In this document: piece after piece, positions 32,803-44,500 of the stretch
How the letters are laid out: every line of letters begins with the position of its first letter
Numbering within the stretch: position 1 is the first letter of the stretch
Assembly: GCA_010909165.1 (NCBI GenBank)
Contig: MU008168.1
Span: forward strand, 992,001-1,056,000
DNA: 64,000 bases
Source of the DNA: Anthoceros angustus
Lineage: Eukaryota > Plantae > Anthocerotophyta
Reading direction: 5' to 3'
Translations under genes and position numbers: made by a program
Notes under the pieces: model-generated
Databases searched by the model: none
What the model was told of the DNA's origin: nothing
Seen by the model: the letters and a program-made list of their open reading frames with translations, nothing else

Positions 32803-35800
32803 TCACATCCAGCAGCCCAGCTCCCTCAATAACTCATATATCTGAGCCTCTTGTTCATGTCTTCTATCCCCCACTAGAAACATGTGTACTTGTTGCTTAT
32901 GCTCAATCCATGCTTGGCCGGGCTTCTTCCATGCGCCTGTTTTCCGTCTCATATCATCCATTGCCTTTGCATGTTGCCACATGCCCACGTCACTGTAGAT
33001 ATTTGACATTAACACATAAGGTGCTGCTTGTCCTGTATCTACGCTTATAGCACCATCAAAGGCATACTTTCCCAGCACCACATTACCATGTTTCCGACAT
33101 GCAGCCAATAAACACAGCCACATAGTGAAAGTAGGCTGCATTGGCATAGTGGAGAGCAACTCTTCGGCTTTGTTGAAGAGTCCTGCTCTGCCAACCAGAT
33201 CGAGGAGACAAACGTAATGCTCGAGCTCTGCAGCAATGCCATGATCCCTAGTCATGCACTCAAAGTACTCCAACCCTTTATCCACCATGCCAGCATGACT
33301 ACATGCACACAAGAGCATCGTGAGTGTAACTTTATCTGGTCTCACACCTGCAGAACACATGGCCTCATAACAATGTAAGCTTGTCTCATAACTTCCTTGT
33401 TGGGCATATCCACCAATGAGTGTATTCCATGAAACCACATCAGGCTGAGCAAGTGAGTCAAACACGTTTTGAGCCTCCACCATGCTTCCACATTTGCCAT
33501 AGGTATGTATGAGGCTGTTTGCTACAGAAAGATTGCAGTCTAGTCCACTCTCAACGATACTCTGGTGTATGCACTTGCAGATATCTAAGGCTCCTGTAAC
33601 GCAGCACGCTTCCAGAACAGACAGATACGTAGCCTCATCTGATTCCCAGCCTTCTGCTTGCATGTCGGCAAATATTTGTAAAGCCTTGTTCCCGTCACCC
33701 TGCTGGGCATAGCTTTCAATCATGGCATTCCAGCACACAACATTGCGGTGGGGGAGGTTGTCAAACACATGCTGAGCATCCATGATGCTTCCACACTTCG
33801 CATACATCCTAATCAACGTGCTACCGACAAAGACATCAGACTCAAAACCCATGTCAGCTACATCAGCATGTAATTTTTTCCCCTTGTGCAGCGAGTCTAG
33901 TTTAACTCTTTGCCCCTCCACAGAAATATCTTTTTCCATTTGAGCAATGCTACCGCATGCTTGGAGAGCGCTGGCAAACGTCTGAGCATTGGGTCTCACT
34001 CCGGCTTTTCGCATGCTTCCAAAAGTACGCAAGGATTTTTCTCCTTGATGCTGATGAGCGTACGCTGCAATCATGGCACTCCAGGACACGACGTCATGTT
34101 GGGGAAATCTGTCAAACAACTGTTCAGCATCATGGATGCTCCCACATATACATGCACACAAGAGCATCGTGAGTGTAACTTTATCTGGTCTCACACCTGC
34201 AGAACACATGGCCTCATAACAATGTAAGCTTGTCTCATAACTTCCTTGTTGGGCATATCCACCAATGAGTGTATTCCATGAAACCACATCAGGCTGAGCA
34301 AGTGAGTCAAACACGTTTTGAGCCTCCACCATGCTTCCACATTTGCCATAGGTATGTATGAGGCTGTTTGCTACAGAAAGATTGCAGTCTAGTCCACTCT
34401 CAACGATACTCTGGTGTATGCACTTGCAGATATCTAAGGCTCCTGTAACGCAGCACGCTTCCAGAACAGACAGATACGTAGCCTCATCTGATTCCCAGCC
34501 TTCTGCTTGCATGTCGGCAAATATTTGTAAAGCCTTGTTCCCGTCACCCTGCTGGGCATAGCTTTCAATCATGGCATTCCAGCACACAACATTGCGGTGG
34601 GGGAGGTTGTCAAACACATGCTGAGCATCCATGATGCTTCCACACTTCGCATACATCCTAATCAACGTGCTACCGACAAAGACATCAGACTCAAAACCCA
34701 TGTCAGCTACATCAGCATGTAATTTTTTCCCCTTGTGCAGCGAGTCTAGTTTAACTCTTTGCCCCTCCACAGAAATATCTTTTTCCATTTGAGCAATGCT
34801 ACCGCATGCTTGGAGAGCGCTGGCAAACGTCTGAGCATTGGGTCTCACTCCGGCTTTTCGCATGCTTCCAAAAGTACGCAAGGATTTTTCTCCTTGATGC
34901 TGATGAGCGTACGCTGCAATCATGGCACTCCAGGACACGACGTCATGTTGGGGAAATCTGTCAAACAACTGTTCAGCATCATGGATGCTCCCACATATAG
35001 CATACACGCTAACCAAAGTGCTACCCACAAAAATATCTGATTCAGAACCTCGTGCAACAGCTGCTGTATGTACTTCTTTCGCCTTTTGGAGGGACTCAAC
35101 TTTCACATTGTGACCTTCCAAAAGTGTACTTCTCTCCTTCTCTGCAATTGCACCACATGCCTGCAGAGCAATGCCACAAGAATGAGCAGTTGGCCTAATA
35201 CCTTTTCCTTCCATTTGCCAGAAGAGCTGCAAACTTCTTTCCGGTTGTTTCTGTTGTATGTATGCTGAAATCATGGTAGTCCACGTCACCACATTGCGCT
35301 GGGACAATGTGTTAAAGACCTGTTCTGCATCCTTGATGCTCCCACACTTTGAATACATATTGACCAGCGCATTAGAGACAAAAATGTCTAAACCAAATCC
35401 CCTCCTTGCTGCTTCAGCATGTAGTTTCTTCCCCTTCTGCAGCGACTCAGCCCTCACAGCAAACCCACCCACAAGTGTGCCGGCCTCCTTTTCTGCCAGG
35501 ATGCTGCAGGCTTGAAGAGCACCGACAAAGGTTCTGGCATCTGGTTCTATGTCTTGCCCGAGCATTTGTTGGAAAATCTCCATGGCTGTCTTTCCATCAT
35601 TTCGCTGAGTATATGCTGTGAGGATTGCAGTCCAGGATACAGCATCCCGGTGAGACAATGTGTAAAACACTTCTTCAGCATCCTCAATGCTCCCACACTT
35701 TGCATACATACTGACCAGAGAGTTACCAACAAATATGTCGGTTACACATCCCAATCTAGCAGCTTCAGCATGCATTCTTTTCCCATTTTGAAGTGCCTCA

Positions 35801-37359
35801 GGTTTCACAAGCCGGCCATCCAAAAGCTCTCCTTCTTCCTGTTCTGCAATGGTGCTGCATGCATGAAGAGCGCTAACGAAAGTCCTGGCATTTCGTATGA
35901 CCCCCTTATCAGGCATCTGCAAGTAAATCTGCAGAGCTTTCCCTCCCTGGCGTTGCTGAACATATGCTCCAATCATGGCATTCCATGACACCACATCATG
36001 CTGGGAGAATCTGTCGAATACCAGCCTAGCATCCCCGACACTCCCACACTTTGCATACATACTAACCAAAGTGCTGCGGACAGAGGCAACTGATTCGAAA
36101 TTCATGCTTACAGCTGAAGCATGCATCTTCTTTGCCTTATGCAGTGACTCCAATTTGATGCTTTCCAGCTTGACAGGTGTAGCTTCTTCCTGTGCTGCAA
36201 GGGTGCCACATGCTTGAAGAGCACTGACAAAGGTGCATGAAGCAGCCTCGATGCCCTTGTCTTGCATTTTTTTGAAAATCTCCAAGGCCTTTTCTCCGTG
36301 GTCCTGCTGAGCATACGCAGCTATCATTGCATTCCATGAAACCACATCATCCTGGGGCAATCTGTCAAATAAATGTTGTGCATACAGAAGATCCCCACAC
36401 TTGGCATACATGCTGACCAAAGAGTTCCCCACAAACGGGTCGCAGTCACAACCCCGCCTAGCAGCATCAGCATGTATTACCTGTCCCCTGCTCAATGCCA
36501 TCACTTTGAGGTCTTGCCCTCCCACAAATGCACTTTTCTCCTGCTCTGCAAGGGCGGCACAAGCTTGGAGAACACTGACAAACGTCCGAGGATCTGGCCA
36601 AACTTCTTCCTCTTGCATTTGCCAATAAAGCCCTAAGCACGCCTCTGGTTGGTCCTGCTGAGAATATGCAGCCAACATTGCATTCCAGGACACTAAATCA
36701 CGGTGGAATAATCCATCAAACACACACCGAGCATTCTTGATACTCCCGCACTTTGCGTACATGCTCATCAAGCTGTTGCCAACAAAGACATCCGATCCCA
36801 ACCCATGCTTCAAAGCAGCAGCATGAACACGCTGGCCCTTTTCCAGATCTCCCAGCTTACTGCATGCTTTTATTAAGCTAACGAATGTGTAGGCATCCGG
36901 CTGCACTCCATCCTGCTGCATCTGCTCATAACACACTAGAGCCCGCCGGCATTGCCCAGCGTTGCTATACGCTGAAATGACGGCTGTCCAGGAGAAAACA
37001 GTTCGGCGTGACAATTTTCTGAACGCCTGGATTCCATCATCAAGGCTCCCACAATTGACAAGTGTGGTGACTACAAGGTCGCCCAAAAATCTGCTGGAAT
37101 CTAATCCATTGTTTGCCAGATGGGCATGTAACAACTTGGCCTCAGCCAGGGCCTTCTGTTTAGAGCATGCCTGCAACAGATTCTTGTACATTTGTACCGA
37201 TGGCACCTCTCCCTGCTGATCCATGACTCCTAGCACGTCCTGGACCATCCCTTCTTTGCATATTTTCTGGGCTTCAGCTTCACTCAAGACAAAGCTTGTC
37301 CTGCATTCAAACATCTCGTGAGATGACCAAGTGTGGAGATTGCAAATGGCTTGCATCAA
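32803..37359 (-). CDS. Large PLS-PPR E+ protein with LL motifs, no DYW domain (1518 aa); true start probably in an upstream exon (ATG 37432 or further)
   Basis: Long P-LL-S array, E1/E2, ends WKKPGQAWIEHKQQVHMFLVGDRRHEQEAQIYELLRELGCWM*. Contains an 849-bp exact internal duplication. Confidence 0.9.
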   Translation of the reverse strand: MMQAICNLHTWSSHEMFECRTSFVLSEAEAQKICKEGMVQDVLGVMDQQGEVPSVQMYKNLLQACSKQKALAEAKLLHAHLANNGLDSSRFLGDLVVTTLVNCGSLDDGIQAFRKLSRRTVFSWTAVISAYSNAGQCRRALVCYEQMQQDGVQPDAYTFVSLIKACSKLGDLEKGQRVHAAALKHGLGSDVFVGNSLMSMYAKCGSIKNARCVFDGLFHRDLVSWNAMLAAYSQQDQPEACLGLYWQMQEEEVWPDPRTFVSVLQACAALAEQEKSAFVGGQDLKVMALSRGQVIHADAARRGCDCDPFVGNSLVSMYAKCGDLLYAQHLFDRLPQDDVVSWNAMIAAYAQQDHGEKALEIFKKMQDKGIEAASCTFVSALQACGTLAAQEEATPVKLESIKLESLHKAKKMHASAVSMNFESVASVRSTLVSMYAKCGSVGDARLVFDRFSQHDVVSWNAMIGAYVQQRQGGKALQIYLQMPDKGVIRNARTFVSALHACSTIAEQEEGELLDGRLVKPEALQNGKRMHAEAARLGCVTDIFVGNSLVSMYAKCGSIEDAEEVFYTLSHRDAVSWTAILTAYTQRNDGKTAMEIFQQMLGQDIEPDARTFVGALQACSILAEKEAGTLVGGFAVRAESLQKGKKLHAEAARRGFGLDIFVSNALVNMYSKCGSIKDAEQVFNTLSQRNVVTWTTMISAYIQQKQPERSLQLFWQMEGKGIRPTAHSCGIALQACGAIAEKERSTLLEGHNVKVESLQKAKEVHTAAVARGSESDIFVGSTLVSVYAICGSIHDAEQLFDRFPQHDVVSWSAMIAAYAHQHQGEKSLRTFGSMRKAGVRPNAQTFASALQACGSIAQMEKDISVEGQRVKLDSLHKGKKLHADVADMGFESDVFVGSTLIRMYAKCGSIMDAQHVFDNLPHRNVVCWNAMIESYAQQGDGNKALQIFADMQAEGWESDEATYLSVLEACCVTGALDICKCIHQSIVESGLDCNLSVANSLIHTYGKCGSMVEAQNVFDSLAQPDVVSWNTLIGGYAQQGSYETSLHCYEAMCSAGVRPDKVTLTMLLCACICGSIHDAEQLFDRFPQHDVVSWSAMIAAYAHQHQGEKSLRTFGSMRKAGVRPNAQTFASALQACGSIAQMEKDISVEGQRVKLDSLHKGKKLHADVADMGFESDVFVGSTLIRMYAKCGSIMDAQHVFDNLPHRNVVCWNAMIESYAQQGDGNKALQIFADMQAEGWESDEATYLSVLEACCVTGALDICKCIHQSIVESGLDCNLSVANSLIHTYGKCGSMVEAQNVFDSLAQPDVVSWNTLIGGYAQQGSYETSLHCYEAMCSAGVRPDKVTLTMLLCACSHAGMVDKGLEYFECMTRDHGIAAELEHYVCLLDLVGRAGLFNKAEELLSTMPMQPTFTMWLCLLAACRKHGNVVLGKYAFDGAISVDTGQAAPYVLMSNIYSDVGMWQHAKAMDDMRRKTGAWKKPGQAWIEHKQQVHMFLVGDRRHEQEAQIYELLRELGCWM
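33300..34999. repeat. Apparently exact 849-bp tandem duplication inside the PPR CDS
   Basis: ORF pairs 33509/34358 and 33910/34759 are offset by 849 with matching translations up to the junction. Identity runs 33300-34150 vs 34149-34999. Confidence 0.95.
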
Positions 37360-37556
37360 CTTACCTTTCCTTTCCAGATGTCCAGATAGTTGGATACTCC
37401 TGACGCCCCTTCATCCATGCTTGCAGCTCCATGGAGGCTCTGAAACCTGCTTGCCATGATAGTTTCAAGCCTTCCAAATGCCTGAAAAAGGAGAGAACGT
37501 GGAAGATAAGCTGTACTGGGGACAGCACGTGAACAGCTTTTGCTTGGAATGGTTCT

Positions 37557-40500
37557 ATGATGATGGCCAGTTTTTATGTCCCAGCTCCCAACCCACCGCG
37601 CTGGGAGTGCCTGCACAGTTCGAGACAGTCTCAGCTGGGATGGACTTCAAGAGCAGAAATCGCCAGTGGAGACGCTTGCCAAGTAGAGGCCCTCTGCAAG
37701 GAGGGACGGCTGGACCTGGCTCTGCTCTGCATGGAGCAATCGAGTACTGTGCCGTCGCCGCGCATGTACAAGATCCTCTTGCAGGCGTGCACGAGGACGA
37801 GGGGCCTTGCAGAGGCCAAGTTGGTACATGCTCACTTGGAACACCATGGGTTCGAGTCCAACGGGTTTCTGGGCGACCTTGTTGTCACCACATTCATCAG
37901 CAGTGGGAGCCTTGCAGATGGGCTTCAGGTGTTTCGGAGATTGTCAGACCGGACTGTGGGCTCTTGGACAGCCATCATTTCTGGGTACTGCAATGCTGGC
38001 CAGTTTCGGCAGGCTCTTCTGTGTTATGAGCAGATGCAACAGGATGGTGTGCTGCCCAGTTCGTACACACTCGTCAGCTTGCTCAAAGCCTGTAGCAGGT
38101 TGGAGGACCTGGAAGAGGGAAAGCGGATCCACGCTGCCAGCGTGAAGCATGGGTTTGACTCGAATCCGTTTGTTGCTAACTCTCTTATCAGGATGTACGC
38201 AAAGTGTGGGAGCGTGAACCATGCTCGAAGTGTCTTTGATGGGTTGACCCACCGGGATTTGGTGTCCTGGAATGTTATGTTGGCAGCATACAATCAGGTG
38301 CAGCAAGCAGATCTTGCTCTGCAGATATATGATAGAATGCGGCACGAAGGGGTTATACCAGATACTTGGACATTCGTAAGCACTCTCCTGGCCTGTGGCA
38401 CCCTTGCCGAGAAGGAGAAGAGTGTCGTTCTGGAAGGGCAGCATTTGAAGTTTGAGTCTCTGCAACGGGGGAAGCAGATACATGCCCACGCTTCAAGTGT
38501 GGGTTTTGTGTCAGATGTTTTTGTTGGAAGCACTTTGATTAGCATGTATGCCAAATGTGGCACATTTGAACATGCCCAATATGTATTTGATAGCTTGCCT
38601 CAACACAACATGGTAGTGTGTAATGCGATGCTTGCTGCATGTGTTCAGCACGATGAAGGAGAAAAAGCCCTGCAGATCTATGCACTTCTGCACGACAAAG
38701 GCTTCGTACTTGATTCAAGGACTTTTGTCAGCATTTCGCAAGCATGCAGCTTTCTTGCAGGTAAGGAGGAGATGTTTACTGTGGACGGGCAGAGTATTAA
38801 GGTGGAGTTGTTGCGTAAGGGAAAGCAGATACATGCTGAAGCTAATGAGAGAGGTTTTGCATCCCACATGTTCCTAGCAAGTGCTCTAGTTCACATGTAT
38901 TCAAAGTGTGGCAGCATCATGGATGCGCAGCAGGTGTTTGATGGTTTAGCCCAGCGTGACGTAGTTGTATGGAACTCACTGCTTGCTGCTTACGTTCTGC
39001 ATGCTCAAGGAGACAGGGTGATGCAGATTTGTACGGAAATGCGGAAAGAAAAGGTTACTCTAAATGCTCGGACCTTTGTCAGTGCTCTCCAAGCATGTAG
39101 CATTCTCTCAGAACAGGAGGCAGTTGCACCTGTCGATGGACAATTTGTCAAACTGGAGTCACTGCTGAAGGGGAAGGAACTGCATGCCGAGGCTGCCGGA
39201 ATGGGGTTTGACTCAGACATGTTTGTTGCCATCAATTTAGTTAGTACGTACGCAAAGTGTGGTAATGTCAAGGATGCAAGACTCGTTTTTGACAAACTCA
39301 GCCAACGTGATGTGATGGCATGGAATGCAATGCTTGCAGGATACGTTGAGCAGAACCAAGGAGAACAAGGTCTGGAGATATATGAGGAAATGCAAAGGGC
39401 AGGTGTCAGGCCAGATGCTCAGACGTTTGTCAGCGCTCTTCAGGCTTGTTCCAGCATTGAAGAAAAGGAAGAAATCAAAATCTTAGACAGGCAGCCTGTC
39501 AAGGTGGGTTTGCTTCAAAAGGGTAAGAAAATACATGCTGAAGCTTCTGGGATGGGACTTCAGTCGAACATGTTTCTAAGCAACACCTTACTCAGTCTGT
39601 ATGCGAGATGTGGAAGCATCGAAGATGCAGAGCAGCTATTCGATGGATTGCCAGAGTATAATGTAGTGTCATGGACTGTGATGCTCGCAGCTTGTGTCCA
39701 TTGGGACCAGGGTGATAAGGGTTTACAGATTTATCGACTTATGCAAGACATGGGAGTCAGACCATGTTCTCGGACCTTTGTCAGTGCCCTGCAAGCATGT
39801 ATTGCCGTTGCAGAAGCAGAGAAAAGTGCACTTGTGAGTGGCACGAGGGTAAAAGTGAAGGCATTGCGGGAAGGAAAGGAAATACATTCTGAAGCTGTGC
39901 TGATGGGTGCCGAATTGGACATGTTTGTTGGTAGCACTTTGGTGTGTATGTATGCTAGATGTGGGTGCATCCTGGATGCTCGGCAAGCATTTGACAGTTT
40001 GCTCCAGCGGGATATAGTGGCATGGACTGCCATGCTTGCAGCATATGCCCAGCAGGACCAAGGAGAACAAGGTTTGAGGATATATCAACAAATGCAAGAG
40101 CAAAATGTCAGGCCAACTGCTCAAACCTTTGTCAGTGCCTTTCACGCATGTGGCTCCGCTGCAGAAGAAGAGGTAAGCTTCTTGGTGGATGGGCAAAATG
40201 TCAAAGTGAAGTCCCTCCGGACAGGGAAGCAGATACATGCTGATGCAGCTGAGAATGGTCTCTCTGCAGATGTGGTTGTCAGCAACACCTTGATTAGCAT
40301 GTACTCAAAGTGTGGAAGTCTTAAGGATGCAGAGCAGGTGTTTGAGCAGATGGCCAAACGCGATGTGGTGTCATGGACGGCCATGATCACAGCCTTTGCT
40401 CTGCACGATCAAGGCAAGATGAGGCTGCACCTATTTTCACAGATGCGAGCAGAGGATGTGGAGCTCGATGAGGCAGCAATTCTCTCTGTCCTCGACATCT

Positions 40501-41306
40501 GCAGTGATACTGGAGCCCTGGACATCTGTGTGCACATCCATCAAAGTATTGGAGAGATGGGACTCGAGTGCAGTTCTTCTGTGGCAAATAGTCTTATACA
40601 TGCATATGGCAAATGCGGGAGTATGGTGGATGCCCAATCTGTGTTCGACACTCTCCCACACCCAGATGTGGTCTCATGGAATACTCTAATCGGTGGCTAT
40701 GCAAGAGCAGGATACTGTGAGACGAGTACCAAATGCTACGAACAAATGTGTCTTGCTGGTGTTGAACCAGACAGTGTCACATTTGTGGCAATCCTCTCCG
40801 CGTGCAGTCACGCTGGAATGGTGGATGACGGATTGGAGTATTTTGAAAGGATGACAAGACGTCATGGTATCTGTCCTGAGTTAGAGCATTATCTGTGTGT
40901 GATGGATCTGCTTGGCCGTGCAGGGCTAATTAGCAAAACACAAGAGCTGCTGAGAACAATGCCGATGCAGCCTAATTTCTCGCTGTGGCTGTGTCTGTTG
41001 GGTGCATGCCAAAAGCATGGTAATATAGAGCTGGGGAAGCGAGCCTTCGATGGCGCAATAGATTTAGATTCAAGGCAAGCTGCACCGTATGTTCTAATGT
41101 CCAACATTTATGCATCTGCTGGCCTGTGGAGGCAAGCAAGGGAAATCCATGCCCTGAGACAAAATGCAGGTGCATGGAAGAAGCCTGGCCAGACCTGGAT
41201 TGAGCATGAACACCGCATGCATGTGTTCCAGGTGGGAAACCCTAGGCATCAAAATGACGCCCAGCTGTACAGACTACTGGACGAACTGCGAACACATCTG
41301 AATTAA
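37557..41306 (+). CDS. Large PLS-PPR E+ protein with LL motifs, no DYW domain (1249 aa)
   Basis: P-LL-S array; ends AWKKPGQTWIEHEHRMHVFQVGNPRHQNDAQLYRLLDELRTHLN*. Confidence 0.92.
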   Translation: MMMASFYVPAPNPPRWECLHSSRQSQLGWTSRAEIASGDACQVEALCKEGRLDLALLCMEQSSTVPSPRMYKILLQACTRTRGLAEAKLVHAHLEHHGFESNGFLGDLVVTTFISSGSLADGLQVFRRLSDRTVGSWTAIISGYCNAGQFRQALLCYEQMQQDGVLPSSYTLVSLLKACSRLEDLEEGKRIHAASVKHGFDSNPFVANSLIRMYAKCGSVNHARSVFDGLTHRDLVSWNVMLAAYNQVQQADLALQIYDRMRHEGVIPDTWTFVSTLLACGTLAEKEKSVVLEGQHLKFESLQRGKQIHAHASSVGFVSDVFVGSTLISMYAKCGTFEHAQYVFDSLPQHNMVVCNAMLAACVQHDEGEKALQIYALLHDKGFVLDSRTFVSISQACSFLAGKEEMFTVDGQSIKVELLRKGKQIHAEANERGFASHMFLASALVHMYSKCGSIMDAQQVFDGLAQRDVVVWNSLLAAYVLHAQGDRVMQICTEMRKEKVTLNARTFVSALQACSILSEQEAVAPVDGQFVKLESLLKGKELHAEAAGMGFDSDMFVAINLVSTYAKCGNVKDARLVFDKLSQRDVMAWNAMLAGYVEQNQGEQGLEIYEEMQRAGVRPDAQTFVSALQACSSIEEKEEIKILDRQPVKVGLLQKGKKIHAEASGMGLQSNMFLSNTLLSLYARCGSIEDAEQLFDGLPEYNVVSWTVMLAACVHWDQGDKGLQIYRLMQDMGVRPCSRTFVSALQACIAVAEAEKSALVSGTRVKVKALREGKEIHSEAVLMGAELDMFVGSTLVCMYARCGCILDARQAFDSLLQRDIVAWTAMLAAYAQQDQGEQGLRIYQQMQEQNVRPTAQTFVSAFHACGSAAEEEVSFLVDGQNVKVKSLRTGKQIHADAAENGLSADVVVSNTLISMYSKCGSLKDAEQVFEQMAKRDVVSWTAMITAFALHDQGKMRLHLFSQMRAEDVELDEAAILSVLDICSDTGALDICVHIHQSIGEMGLECSSSVANSLIHAYGKCGSMVDAQSVFDTLPHPDVVSWNTLIGGYARAGYCETSTKCYEQMCLAGVEPDSVTFVAILSACSHAGMVDDGLEYFERMTRRHGICPELEHYLCVMDLLGRAGLISKTQELLRTMPMQPNFSLWLCLLGACQKHGNIELGKRAFDGAIDLDSRQAAPYVLMSNIYASAGLWRQAREIHALRQNAGAWKKPGQTWIEHEHRMHVFQVGNPRHQNDAQLYRLLDELRTHLN

Positions 41307-41552
41307 CCCATATTGAGCCCGTGAAAACTAGTCCCTAGGGCTAGGTTATAATCCAAGCTGAAGCTCTAACCCACCTATCTCTGCGCTTGGGGCAATGACG
41401 CAGTTCATGAGGTTAATCCGAGACGCGTCAATTGCTGGTTGAAAACTTTTTCCAACCCCCCTCTTGGGCCTTCCGGGGCCCCTGAGAATTTATGGAAGGC
41501 ACACGCCATCGGCTGCGCCTCACAAGTGAATATCAAAATGGAAGAACGAAAT

Positions 41553-44500
41553 TCAGTTGAGCTCGTTGTTCAAACGTTGTAGGAATTCGTAGACGGGTTT
41601 ATACTCGTGGCTGCCATCATTCACCAAAAATGTGTGGACCTCCTGTCCACACTCGATCCAGCTCTGCCCGGGCTTCTTCCACGCATCGGCGTCTCGTCTC
41701 AGTTCATCGATCTCGTTTGCAGTGTCATGCATGCCAGCATCGGCGCAGATGTTCGACATGAGTGCGTAGGCGGCACTCTGATTTGGTTCCAAGGCCACAG
41801 CCTCATGGAAGGCTCGCTTAGCAAGCAACATATTTCCATGCTTTTGACAGGCACCCAGCAAAGACAGCCACACTGCCACATCAGGGGGCATGGGCATTTG
41901 AGAAAGCAACTCTTCTGCCTTGCTAAAAAGCCCGGCCCGAGCAACGAGATCGATCACGCACGCGTAATGCTCCAGCTCGGCACGGAGGTCATGATCTCTG
42001 GTCATGCTTTCAAAGTACTTCAGCCCCTTGTCCACAATTCCCCCATGACTGCACGCGGACAAAAGTGCGAGAAACGTAACTCTGTCTGGTCTCACACCTT
42101 CCCGGCACATGAGCTCGAAAGATATCACACTCATGTCAGAGCATCCTGCTCGGGCATACCCACCGATAAGGGCATTCCACGAGACCACATCAGGGTGAGG
42201 GAGAGAGTTGAACACGAGTTGGGCATCCCCCATGCTCCCACATTTGCCGTATGCATGAATGAGACTGGTTGCTACAAAAGAACTGCACTCTAATCCACTG
42301 TCAAGAATAGTTTGGTGCATTCGCCTACAGGCAGCTAGAGCTCCTAAGCTGCTGCACGCTTCCAACACGCTAACAACGGTGGCCACATCCGCCTTTACAC
42401 CTGCAGTTTGCATCTCAGCATAGAGCTGCAAAGCTTTATCTCCTTGACCCTGCTGAGCGTATGCTGCAATCATGGCAGTCCATGATCCTGCATCGTGCTG
42501 GGACAGAAGGCCAAACACCTGTTCTGCATCCTTGATGCTCCCGCACTTGGCATACATACTCACCAAGCTGCTGACCACAAACAAGTCTGTTTGTAAGCCC
42601 CTCAAAAAAGCTTCTGCATGCAGCTCACGCCCAATTAGCAGGGACTGCAGCTTAACACTACGGCCATCCACAATTGTGCTTTCCTCCCTTTCTGCAAGAT
42701 AGGCACATGCCTGGAGGGCAGCCACCAATGTCCTAGAGTTTGGGCATACCCCAGCCCTTCGCATCTGCCTGTAGACTTGCAAGGCCCTCTCGCCTTGTGC
42801 AAGCTCAGCATACGCTGCAATCATAGCAGTCCAGGTAACGACACTACGATTGGACAGTGCATCAAAAGCCTGTTCTGCATCCTTAATGCTCCCACACTTG
42901 GCATACAGACTGATCAAAGCTGTGCCGACAAATATGTCCATTTCCAGGCCCCGAGCTCTAGCATGTATTTCCCTCCCTTTCTGCAGGGACTCTACCTTCA
43001 CACTCTGGCCATCTAGAAGGAAATTCCCCTCCACTTCTGCAAGGAAGGTGCATGCCTGTAGAGCGGCAACAAATGTCCGTGCATTTGGCCTGACCCCTGC
43101 CTCTTGCATCTGAGAAAACATCTGCAAGGCCCTTGCTCCTTGCTCCTGCTGAGCATAAGCAGCAATCATGGCAGTCCAAGACACCACATTCCTGTGGGGA
43201 AATCTGTCAAACACATGCTGTGCATCCACAATGCTCCTACACTTGGCATACATAGTAACCAAAGCACTCCCGACAAATGTGTCGAGTTCAAGCCCATGCC
43301 TTGCAGCATCCGCATGAATTGCCTTCCCCATTCGCAGCGACACCACCTTCACACCCTGACTGTCCACAACTGAACTCCCTTCCCCCTCTGCAATGCTGCT
43401 ACATGCTTGGAGCGCACTGCAAACCGTCCATCCATCTGGCTTGACCCTTTCCTTTTGCATTTGGCGGTAAATTTCCAAAGCCTTGTCTCCTTCCTCCTTC
43501 TTCGCATATGCTGTAAGTATTGCATTCCAAGACACTAAAGTGCGCCGGGTCAATCCATCAAACACCTGCTGTGCATCCATGATGCTTCGACACTTGGAAT
43601 ACATGCTAACCAAAGCGCTTCGGACGAACTCATCTGATTCAAAACCGCCTGCTGTGGCTCCAGCATGTAATCTCCTTCCCACTTGCAAGGTCTCCTCTCT
43701 CAGAGTTTCCCCTTCCTCGAGCCCACCCTCCACTTTTTCAGCCAGGCTCCCACATGCTTGGAGAGCACTGACAAACGTACGCGCATCTGGCTTAACATTT
43801 TCCTCCTCTTGCATTTGCCAGAAAATCCGCAAGGCCATCTCCCCTTGGTCCTGTTGAGCATAAGCGGCAATTATAGCATTCCACGACACTACATTCCGTT
43901 GGGATAAGGCATGAAACACAAGCTCCGCATCCTTTATGCTCCCACACTTTGCATACATACTAACCAGGGCACTACCGATAAAGACATTGGACTCGAACCC
44001 GTGCCTCACAACATCAGCATGAATCCGTCTTCCCACCTCCAGGTCTTCTAACCGGCTGCAGACTTTCAGCAAGGTGACAAACGTATGAGTATCAGGCTGC
44101 GCAGCTTCTTCCTTCACCATTTGCTCATAGCATGAGAGGGCTTGCAGATACTGTCCACTGTCACAGTAGCCTGCAATGATGGCTGTCCAGGAGACAACAC
44201 TTGGATTCGACAACCTACGAAACAACTCCAGCCCATCAGCAAGGCTCCCACAGCTAACCAGGGTGGTGACAACAAGGTCGCCCAAAAACCTGTTGGACTC
44301 CAACCCATGCTTAGCTAGATGAGCATGAACCTGCCTGGCCTCTTCAAGTGCCTTCCTCTTCATGCATGCCTGCAACAGGGTCTTGTATATGTGGACCGAA
44401 GGCACAACCTCCTCCTGGTCCAAGCAGAGCAGCGCCTTGTCCAGCCGTCCCTCCTTGCAAAACATCTGGACATCCTGTACATTCCCAGACATAATCCAGG

